64,000 bases of DNA from Lama guanicoe (Eukaryota): positions 14,023,125 through 14,087,124 of the forward strand of contig MU055657.1 of NCBI GenBank assembly GCA_013239625.1. The letters are read 5' to 3'. The notes under the pieces were generated by a model. That model made no database searches, was not told the DNA's origin, and worked only from the letters and a program-made list of their open reading frames with translations. The position numbers and the translations under genes are program-made. Below, piece after piece: positions 13,101 through 23,200 of this stretch (within the stretch, counting starts at the first letter, position 1; every line of letters starts with the position of its first letter).

Positions 13101-13494
13101 TCCACCTTAGAGCAGGAGAATGAGAGCCACACCAAGGGGAAGGTGGAGTGGAAATCTGGAAATGGCTAAGTTTCCAAATAACTATGGAGCCACCATAATA
13201 GCCCTGAGCTTCCTTCAACCACTTTTTCGCATATGAGAAAGTAATGAACATCTATCTTCTTTCAATCACAATTATTTGGCTCCTCAGTTACAACTAGCCA
13301 AACCTAAAAACAATCAGGAATTATAACTCTCTATCTCATTTAACTCTCTATCTCAAACATTTCTATTATTCTGTAGGTCTGGGGCTATTGTCAGACTCAG
13401 GTGAGTATCAACAGTTCTGGATCAAAAATTCAGAAAGTCACTAATTTTTTAGATCAATCAAAGACCAGAAAGTTCAGATAGAAAACCATCACAG

Positions 13495-13715
13495 CTGAGG
13501 TCTGACTGCTTGTCAGTTATTGTGCTCAGTGTATTAATAGGCTTGTCTCATTTAAGCCATACAAAACTCCTGCATCACGACTTCCTGTTTCATGAGAAAA
13601 GTGAAGGAAATTTCTCACACAAGATTCCATTGCTTAATAATACTGGCATATGAGGAATTCTAATTTATGGCAGTGTTACATTAAAATCCAGAGTCTTTCC
13701 ATGATGCATACTACC
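13495..13715 (-). mobile_element. Degraded MIR
   Basis: TCTCATTTAAGCCATACAAAACTCCTG...ATGAGAAAAGTGAAGG...TCCAGAGTCTTTCC. Confidence 0.55.
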
Positions 13716-16009
13716 AACAATCTTTACTACTGGTACTGTTTTTCCTTGCTCAAAAATTGAATTTTTACCCCCTGATGTGTTCTTTATAGAAGAAGGATAA
13801 TATAAGGACTTTAATTGTAATAACTTTCCATAAATATGAAGACAGCTGTGAAGCTTCTGCTCAATACATCTCCTCCTGTATGCCGTATCATTTCTCCTGA
13901 GAATCTATTTAAGACCCTTCTAATTTTCTTTCCCTCTATGAATGACATTTTACAATGATACCACTTCTGTGAAACTAGGGTGACTCCACCTGGGTAGAAG
14001 ATTTCAGGCAGTGCCAGGGGTAATGCTAGATGAAGTTCTGTGTAGATCAGGAATCACTTTAATCTCTTTCACTTGGACATGTTAAAGATGGAAACGAGGT
14101 TCCAGAATAAACAGTAAGGTGACTTCTATGTTACTCAAGAGGAGAAGAAGACAGGGCACATTTCCAGCAATTCTAGACTGTGTAGGAAGACAAAATGCAA
14201 TCGGTGGAGAGGAGATGGACTTCTGGATTAGAGATGCTTTTATGTAGCTTTGAGCTGTGATTGAATTTGTTGTTTTTGGACTCCAAGAAATGTCTTTATA
14301 TCAGGAAAATGTTTTTATTTATTGAATTTGTTCAAAAAAAATGTCCTGGAGCCTCAAGAAGTGAATGGAGGCATTATCAATGTAAATGAATAAATAGCCT
14401 TAAGCAGTGATGCTTTGGGGACGGATATCCAATGCAGACGTAGGTTTGTTGGAAGGGAAGTATGGTGGGTGTTAGTGTCAGTTATCCCCAAGTCTTTTTG
14501 TTGTTACAGGGGACGAATATAATGTCAAGGATTGTCTAATAAATAATTGTGCTCACTGAGAAAGGAGAATTCCCAGATCCTCGTCTTAACATCTAGTCTC
14601 CAGTGACAGATAAGGGTACCAAGTGATTTAAAGAAAGTGAATCAACAGATTGCTTACTGGAAGAGGGAGAATAGCAGCTTGCATCCAGAGGGGACAATGT
14701 AGTAGATGTCCTGCAGGAACAAAGCCTTCCTCTGGTGCAGGGTTGGTGCACAAACATTGGATTGTTGCCGGGGCTGGCAGCAGATGGTAGCGTGTCCTAT
14801 GCCAACACGTGTCCTTTTCCTTTGATAATGGCGTCCAGAATTCTCAATGAATAGTTGGGTAAATTTCCTAGGTTTCTGGGTGGGGACTCCTAACAGTAGA
14901 ACTGTGACAGCCTTGAAAGATAATACCGGCTTTCGTTAACAGAGGTGTTGGTGGCAGGTTGTTACATAATCTTGCATTAAAAAAAAAAATAGCCAGATCA
15001 AATACCCACAAACTATACTTGTTATACCAGCTAATGATTTTTAAAAAAGCAAACTAAAATTATAGCAATTCAATCCTTAAAATTATAGCAATTCAATATG
15101 TGAAATGGGTTTGAACCAGATATACTAAGTTAATTCTGGTTTTAAACCCATCAGACTGTTTTCTGTTGTGTCACTGGGCCTGATACACAAACACAAAGTA
15201 AAATTCTAAAACACTTTCGGTGATGGGAAAGGTGGGGATCTCAGAATCAAACATCAACTTCATGTGGAAAGGATAGTAACTCCTGTTCTGACCCTATAAC
15301 AAAATGAAAAGGAGTTCTTTTACTTGAATTACTTGAGATAGACTTAAATACATTTATTGACCATCTGTCTAATTTGGAACCAAATGTTTACATGCAGCGT
15401 GTACTAATCGTGGACCACAATGTCTGAGGTGCAAGTTGTTCGTGTGGAAAAAAAACATAAATTCATTTCACTCTTCAGACTTTCTTACTTGGGGTGGGGG
15501 TTACCCCACTTTTCCAGGGTCGCATCTGTGTTCCAGGTACATTAGAGGGGTACCTAGGTACAGGCATCTCTGCTAAGGTATCCATCATCTCATCTGGTCC
15601 TCAGTCACTGGCCCACACAGGTACCCCCTGAAGTGTCTCCTGTTCCCATCCACTTGTCTCTTTCAAAAGTGGCATACTCTATGCTTCTTCCAGGCCAAGG
15701 GAGCCCACACCTTTCTGCTGCTTCTGTGCTGAGGCATAGTAATCATCATTTCCTTATGGTCCCATCTGCCTGCACAAAACAGACCACATCCCCTATCTTC
15801 CCGAGACCCAACCCTGGGAGATGGAGGGGACACATCTCTCTGGGGCCCCAATGCTATCTGTGTTCAACTTGCTTTCTCCATCCATTCTGTCACCCTTCTC
15901 ATCCAAAATGAATCATTTCCTAGACTGTAGCTGGGGCAAAGTCAACTGTCTGATGCTTTTCCTCACATTTATTTTGTCCTTGCACAGGGTCCTGACTGTT
16001 GCTCGAGCA

Positions 16010-16219
16010 CTGGGTTTCTCGGCTTTAACACTATCGACATTTGGGGTTGAGTATCTTGTTGGCGGGGAGGCGAGGATGGTGGGAAGGCTGTCCTGTTCAC
16101 TGTAGGATGTTCAGCTGCATCACTAGAAGCCAGCAGTACCCTCAGATGTGACAACTGAGAATTGTCTCAAGACCTTGCCAAATGACCCTGGTGCATTTGC
16201 CCTTGATGGAGAACTACTG
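16010..16219 (-). mobile_element. MER20 hAT-Charlie DNA transposon, near full length
   Basis: GGGTTTCTC...CACTATCGACATTTGGGG...GGCTGTCCTGTTCACTGTAGGATGTTCAGC...TGTGACAAC...TTGCCAAATG...GAGAACTACTG matches reverse-complement MER20. Confidence 0.85.
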
Positions 16220-17629
16220 CTTTGGGGACATAGACTTTTGGAAACAAAGATCATTAAGATTTTCTGGAAACGAACTTTGAAGAGGCATGCTAACATCAGC
16301 GGCATCCAAAGGAAATGTGGAAAGGTGAGAGTCTATATTTAAAATTTTTTATATATGCCCAACTCATAAAGGAGACAGAAATGTTCAGATAACTACACAT
16401 AAACACTTCCATACTGAATATAGGTACTTTCATGTTAGAAGAGTCCTGGCTTGGTGTTTTTTTACAAAGTAATTATTTTCTCTTTGTCAACACTGCTCTC
16501 ATTTTTCTAAAGGAAACTTTATCTCATTGATACAAATGGATGCAAATAAAATAGGTTTCAGAAACATAGATGTGAAAGCTGTACATGATTTTTTTTTAAA
16601 TTGCATTTTTCCAAAATTTATAAATTTCTTCTATAAAAAGTTAATAAACAGAACATTATATAGAACATTCATCATGGTAGATTCTTAAACAGAAAAAAAA
16701 AATTCCACTAATTATAGACATGGATGTGTGACGTTAATGAGAAAGACCTAAAGCAAAAGTACTAGGTTGTAAAAAATTTGATTTCTGAGACATTTTAAGT
16801 TTCTGAACTTAAGGAAAAGGAAGTCAACGTCCCTTACCTTGTATTTCTGCACCCCGATCTATGATGGACCAAACAGAAATGTCAAAGGCTGTTGACAGAA
16901 CAAGAGCAACAAGCATCCATGTATGGCCTTTGGCAGCAGCCCTGGAGGTCAGTTGCCCCATTGACTATGTATTTCTTCCAAAGGGTGAATCTTGAAACAA
17001 GAGATTTCCAGATGCAGTTCATAGCCAGGAGTTTCAATGGCCTTTTTAAACACTCTTTCATTCACCTTTCCCAGACAAAGGAAGCTTGAAAACCTACCGA
17101 GATCAACAAGCTTGCTTTCTTCCAGGCAGTGTTTAGTAAGCAGTGGGTTGATAGGTGTGTTCATTCTTGGGGCCAGTGAAGAGTCTGGGAAATGGTGGGG
17201 CAGTTACTTAGCATGTTTGCACTGAACACCCAGGCTCTCTTCCACTTGAAGTTTGATCACATAAGGGAAGAAGCACAAAAACCATTTCATGTGGAGCATG
17301 CTTCTTCCATTTGAGGGTGACAGTCTTGAAATCTGCCGCATCTTTGATGTTGTGCTGAGGCTGAGAAGGTTTCAAGTGCACTGGCATATAGTTATCCTAA
17401 TGTGACAATTGTTTTACTTTGATATAACTTTTATCAAACAAAGTACTGAAGTCTGAGCTCCAAAGATGAAAACCGGAAGCTATGAATTATTCTGTATCTA
17501 ATACTTGGTTCCCTAACACCAACTAAATTCTTTTATGTGTTTTCAGGGTTTCTTTTATTAATTCTGAAAAATCTATCCTCATTTTTCATAAACAAATGTA
17601 AATATCTGAATTAAAAATTAACTGAATTA

Positions 17630-18330
17630 AATGTTAGGAAATGCATAAGAGAAAATATATGTCATTAGCAAACATGAAAAAAAGTTCAAATCATTAGTAA
17701 ACAATGGAATGTAAATAAAAACAAAACAAGATATAATCTTTTTGGCAAAGATAAAAAAACTTGACAGTGCTCGGTATTGGACATAGTGTATTGCTAGTGA
17801 GGAACAGAAGTGTTACAGACTCTTTGAAAAATAATTTGACAATATGTAGAGTCTTTTAAATTTCCAAGGCTGAGGCAGTTCATTCTAAATCTGGTAATCT
17901 TTCCTCCCAAAATCATCTTAAATTTAGAGAGAGTTTTATGTACAAGGGTACACATTGTAGTACTATTTAGAATAGGGGTAAAGGGGGAAACCAAGTGTTT
18001 GACAATAAAGGAAATTTAAGTAAACTGTGATACATCTACTCTATGAATATGTATTTATACATTGAATATGCTAATTAAATATTTAAATAGTGGGAAAACA
18101 CTCGTGTTATAATATTTGGAAAAAGAAACACTATAAAATTATATATATATATAAATTGTATATCAAAATTATATGAAAGAGATGCTTAGAAAAAAAGACT
18201 AAATATTAATAGTTGTATTTGTATGGTGAGAATATGTGTAAAAATTTTTAAATTTTAGTCAAATTTTCCAAAAATTCTGTATTCATCTTTTATTCTTTTA
18301 TACTTGGAGTAAAATTAATTTTATTTTTTT
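17630..18330 (+). mobile_element. Degraded L1ME-type ORF2 end and 3' UTR
   Basis: A-rich; AAACATGAAAAAAGTTCAAATCATTAGTAA...TTGGCAAAGATAAAAAA...CTTTGAAAAATAATTTGACAATAT...AAGTAAACTGTGATACATC. Confidence 0.7.
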
Positions 18331-18954
18331 AAATGTATATACATTTTAAAATAGTTACTCTGCAATACTCATCTTTCACTAGCATAGTTCTTGAACTAAC
18401 TACCGTGTTTTTCTTTAAAATGAAAAACTACAGAACCACAACATTAAAAAATTCTATAATCTATTATCCTGGTCACCATTTTTTCAGTTGGTGCAGCGTC
18501 AGCCATCTTTGGTAAGATTGATCATCCTTTTTAAAACCATGATAAACTTAGGTTTTGTGGCTTGTTCCAATTCTTATATGTTATTAGTCAATTTTATTTC
18601 CAGGACTTCGTATATCTAGTCTGCTCTTTTAGAGCTGTGAGCTCTTCTTTAAAACTACCCACAGGATAACTTTTGGCTACGGCCTGTCTTTCTTTCTTTA
18701 TTTGCTTCCTAGTAGAAGAGCTGTAGTCTAACTTGAATTTTAAGAAGCTCTCACTCCTTTGTTTGGTAAACAAAAAAGGATCATCACACCTGTGGGCCTT
18801 CCTTCTTTGTTCTTCTAATGCTGTAAGTTTACCGGGTGGTCAGCATGAGGTGGAAAAGACCCAGGGTTATAGCTGTCTTCAGTCACCAGTAATCACAGGA
18901 TTCCTGGACTATACTGTGGAGCAATTTCTAGGTCTTATGGGGTGGGTGTGGGGG

Positions 18955-18977
18955 TGTGTGTGTGTGTGTGTGTGTGT
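18955..18977. repeat. (GT)n microsatellite
   Basis: Directly visible. Confidence 0.95.
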
Positions 18978-19066
18978 TTGATGGGATGTCAAGAGAGAAA
19001 TGGAAAATACAAAAGAAATACCAAAAAAAAAATATTGTCTAACTTCAAGAATCTTAAATAGTACCT

Positions 19067-19441
19067 CAGTGGTTTTCAATGCGTGGCCCTGAACTAACAG
19101 CATTTCTGATGGTTAAGAATGAAATTCTCAGGCACCTCTGCTGACCTACTGAATCAGATGCTGTGCTTTTGTTCAAGCCCTCCAGGTGATTTTTCGTTTT
19201 TTAAAAAAAATTTTATTGAAGTGTAGTTGATTTACAATGTCAGTTTCAGGTGTACAGCAAAGTGATTCATTTATACGTATACATACATAAATATATATTT
19301 TATTGTCTTTTCAGATTCTTTTCCATTATACATTACTACAAGAAATTGAATGTAGTTCCCTGTCTTATACAGTGGGTCCTTGTTGTTAATCTGTTTTATA
19401 TATAGGTGATTCTGATGCACACTAAAATTTGAGAACTACTG
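19067..19441 (+). mobile_element. MER5A hAT-Charlie transposon interrupted by an L1 fragment
   Basis: CAGTGGTTTTCAA start, GACCTACTGAATCAGA, CAAGCCCTCCAGGTGATT|CTGATGCACACTAAAATTTGAGAACTACTG end. Confidence 0.85.
19192..19403 (-). mobile_element. 5'-truncated, relatively young artiodactyl-type L1 3' UTR with an 8-bp TSD
   Basis: TTTTATTGAAGTGTAGTTGATTTACAATGT...TTTCAGGTGTACAGCAAAGTGATTCA; TSD AGGTGATT at 19184-91 and 19404-11. Confidence 0.85.
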
Positions 19442-20487
19442 CTTAAGAAAAGACCTCCCCCTCAAAATGTCAAATAATACACGAACTGATTTTATGCAGT
19501 ACATTTCTCATAGAGTTGAAGTTGGCCAAAGCACTTTTTGGAAATGATTATTCTTATGATGTGAAGACCAGCTATTTTTTTTGCTTTTACCTTGCAAGTA
19601 TGCATCCCCTTGTGAACTCCGTTTTCCCCCTTTCCTCTCTTCCAAAGCTGGCCTTCTGTGGTTAGAGTCAGTGGGCCCCAACGCCGGGCTATGCCCAGAC
19701 AGCTGAAGCCCTTGGATTTCTTTTCCACATGACCGGCCAGGGGAGGGGCCTTCAGGACAGTAACTGTATGCAATTATTTCCTGCGCTTCGTATTTTTAAC
19801 GCTCCAACCTGTTACAGACCACGTTTCCATGTTCCTTTGAGCAGTATCTGGAGCAGGTGTGTGGCTTCCACACGTACTCCTACAAATGAGGAACATATCA
19901 GAAAAGTTGTTTCCCTCCCCTCAGCATTCAGCATCACAAAGGTACTTCCCATGTGGACCATAAATCTCTATGTAGATTTCTTTGCTGGCTGCTTGGAGCT
20001 GAACCGAGCATTCTTCTTTGATCATCATTCTGGGAATGTCCAGAAAAAGAACCTCTCACTGTTATTCTGGATCTATAAAATGCCATGTCTCACCACGCTG
20101 TATCTTCATTTCCATATTTATGTTCCAGAACTCACGATCCATTTCCCAAATTCTAAACTTATTCAAGCTCTTTAATGCCTGGGCACTGTTCCCAATGAAT
20201 TATTCAGCATGCTTTTCTCAGAGTTTTTGCAGGATATTTTCTTAGCTTTACCCATTTGTCTTATTCTAGCAGTCAGGATGGGTTCTACTGATAGATAAGA
20301 AAGATGATTTAGGAGATGGCAAACAATCTCCTTGCAAAATGTCTCCTTTACTAGGTCAGAAGTAAGGCCTGTGTTTTCATTGGTTTGTCAGATTTCCCTG
20401 GCCTGATCTCTCCCCCACATCCCTGCCCCATATTTTCAACTCCTTGCTTGGTGTCCTTCAACCTTTTAATGTTCTCTAATTCTAGAA

Positions 20488-20665
20488 CAGTGCTTCTCAG
20501 ACTTCACTGTGCATCCCTGGTCAGCTTTTTAAAGCATAGTTGCTGGGCCCATCATGGCCAAGCCTTCTGACTCAGCATGCTCTGAAGAGGACGGAGAAGT
20601 TGCATTTCTAACAAGCTCTTGGGTGAAGCTGATGCTGCAGTTCTGAAGGCAACACTTTGAGATCC
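20488..20665 (-). mobile_element. MER5A hAT-Charlie transposon
   Basis: CAGTGCTTCTCAGACTT...TTGCTGGGCCC...TGCATTTCTAACAAGCTC...GCTGATGCTGC...ACACTTTGAGA. Confidence 0.8.
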
Positions 20666-20708
20666 TTCATTTGCTCAACTGTTTCGTGATTTACCTGTAA
20701 TTTTTACA

Positions 20709-21228
20709 TGTGAGGCTGTCACTACTGATGATCTGGCCATCCAACAGCCACTTCCCCTTAATGACACATCCTAACTGTACCTAGGGTCTCGCCAAAGCCT
20801 CTTGCTTCAGGAAAGCTTGTCTTCAATTCCAGTGCCAGGATGAGAATTTTAGTAAGTTTAAGATAATTAAGTTAATAAATTGAAATCCACAGGAATCCCA
20901 TCCCTTTGTGAATGATTTAGTTTAAGACGTGAATAAAATCAACCAGGGGGCCTCTGAGAAAGATTTCTTATCTCTTAAGAAGATACATCTCGAAGAGATG
21001 AACCCTTTTCCAAATCTGGAACGATGAGGTGTGATTGTAAGAGTGCCATATCTAGCTCTGGACCATCAGGAGAGCTTGAGGACCGTAGACTAACAAAAAG
21101 ACACATACTTAAATTTCTAAAGTAATGATGAACCATCAGATTAACAAACCTGGAGCTACCCTGCCCCAAGCCTTCTGATGATATGGGATTTCTCTTTCTT
21201 GCAACTAAAAGCATTATTAATTGATACG
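20709..21228 (+). mobile_element. Old MaLR LTR (MLT1K/L-like)
   Basis: TG start; GGGGGCCTCTGAGAAAGATTTC, AACCTGGAGCTACCCTGCC; end CTTGCAACTAAAAGCATTATTAATTGATAC. Confidence 0.6.
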
Positions 21229-21599
21229 ATCCATCTGTCTATCTATCATCTATTTCTCTATCTTTATCTTGTTTTTATATTATATTTGCTTAATACACAT
21301 GCCATGATTGGGAAAGATAGTCATAGCACGGCTAGAATATAGCTGTGTTACTTGGGAAGGTTAGCTTATCCTCCCCCCATTAACATCATATCAAGAAGTA
21401 ATGATATTTTCTTTATCATGCAGAGATTTAGAAGGAATAGAAAATAGGAAAATTAAGACTGATGGGATATAAAATAGGAGGGCAAAAATTTTAGAATCTC
21501 CTCAAGAGGGCAGGCCTGAAAAAAGGCACCAGGATGGGGACCTGGGATTCCTGTTGCACAGCAGAAAGGGACCAAAAACCTCTTTTTCAAAATATCCTT

Positions 21600-23200
21600 T
21601 CTGGTGTCCCTTTATGCACCCATAACTCAGTAATTCATTCTTCATTGTGAATTTAGTGGGATTAAAGGAAATCTGATTATGCCATTCTCACTAAAACCCT
21701 TTAAAGAATTCCCATTTTTTTCTTCTTTTTAAAAAAATTTTACTGTGGTAAGAACATTTCACATGAGATCTACCCTCTTACCAGATTTTTAAGTGTCCAA
21801 TACAGTACTGATGGCTACAGGTGCAATGTTTTAAGGCAGGTCTCTAGGGTTTATTCATCTCACGTAACTGAAGCTTTCTACCCATTGAGCACAACTTCCC
21901 GTTTCCTCCTCTCCCCACCCCTGGCAACCAGCATTCTGCTCTCTACTCCTATGTGTTTGATTGTCTTAGACTCTTCATATAAGTGGAGTTATACAGTATT
22001 TGCCCTTCTGCAACGGGCTTAAGTCACTTAGCATAATGTCTTGAAGGTCTGTCCATGATGCCACATATCACAAGACTTCCTTCTTTTATAAAGCTGAGTA
22101 ATATCCATGGTCTATGTGTACCACATTTTCTTTATCCATTCATCTGTAGATGGACATCGAGGTGGTTTCCACACCTCGACTACAGTGAATAGTGCTGCAA
22201 GGCATGTGAAAGAGCTGCTGTCTCCTGGTGATCCTGGTTCCCGTTCTTTTGGATAAATACCCAGAAGTAAGATTGTTGGGTTATATGGTAGTTCTAGTTG
22301 TAATTTTTTGAGGAACCTCCATACTGTTTTCCATAGCAACTGCGCTATTTTGCATTCTCACCAACTTAGTACAAGGGTTCGAATTTCTCCACATCCTCAT
22401 TAAAACTTGTTGTCTTTTATTTTTTTCATAATAGCCGTCCTAACAGGCGTGAAATGATATCTCATTGTGCTGTTGATTTGCACGTCCCTGATGATCGGTG
22501 ACACTGAGTCGCTTTTCATGTATCTGTTGGCTATGTGTTTGTCTTCGTCGGGAAAATGTCTGCTCAAGTCTATCTTTAATTAGGTTATTGATTTTTTTTT
22601 TTACTATTGAATTGTAAACATTCCTTATATATTTTAGAAATTAACTGTTTATCAAATTTATGGTTTGCAATTGTTTTCTCTGATCTGTAGGTTGTAAAGT
22701 CTTCCCATTTTTCTAAAGATAAACATTCCAATTCCTTACCTTGGTTCACAAGGCCTTGTCTGAGCTGGTTCCCACCCAACTCTCAGTCTTATCTGGTACT
22801 ACTCCCCCTGTTTCTTGTTCTTTTTGTTCCTGCCCCAAAGGCCTGCTTTCAATTCTATATTCCTGCCATGTGCTTCTTGCCTCACAGTCTTTTGCATGTG
22901 GTGCCTCCTTTTCCTAAAAAACATCTCCCACATCTTTGCCTTTCACCTTTCATAATTCAGCTTAAATGTCACTCCCATACAGAATCCCTTCCTGAGATCA
23001 GACTGTCTTTTTCTATTCTTATATATTCTTTTCATAACATAATTCTCTTTTGTGGGACTTATCACAGCTTTAGTTGCATAATTAAATATGCAACTAATTA
23101 TTCAATGTTTGTCTCCTAAATTACCACCTGAGCCCTTAAGGGCAACAGCACATCTGTTTACCACCATTTCCTTCATACTAGACACCAAACATGAGTTGAA
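21600..23200 (+). mobile_element. L2 3' region split by an L1 insertion
   Basis: AAATCTGATTATGCCATTCTC...AAAACCCTT before the L1, continuing after it with ATTCCTTACCTTGG..CACAAGGCCTTG...CAGCTTAAATGTCACTCC. Confidence 0.7.
21720..22701 (-). mobile_element. 5'-truncated L1 (L1MA/MB-like): ORF2 C-terminus plus 3' UTR, 11-bp TSD
   Basis: Translated remnants [31 protein letters not shown]...PRCPSTDEWIKKMWY and EKTIANHKFDKQLISKIYKE are the L1 ORF2p C-terminal region; TSD TTCCCATTTTT at 21709-19 and 22702-12. Confidence 0.95.

Larger units (their letters stand above)
12297..13315 (+). mobile_element. Old MLT1J-like LTR (putative 3' LTR), split by a younger MLT1 insertion at 12564-13100
   Basis: TTCCCAGCC..CTTGCAGCT...GACCATGTAACTGAGATCTGGCCAATGGAATG; resumes at 13101 with CCTTAGAGCAGGAG...ATGGAGCCACCATAATAGCCCTG. 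Confidence 0.7.

Noticed and set aside
12690-13169. 159-aa ORF
   Set aside because: TTG start, lies in an MLT1 LTR and runs through a CA microsatellite
19729-20175. 148-aa ATG ORF in unique sequence
   Set aside because: No recognisable domain or exon structure; a length like this is plausible by chance in six frames of 64 kb
22112-22779. ORFs with clear protein homology
   Set aside because: They are L1 ORF2p C-terminal remnants with stops and frameshifts, not a host gene
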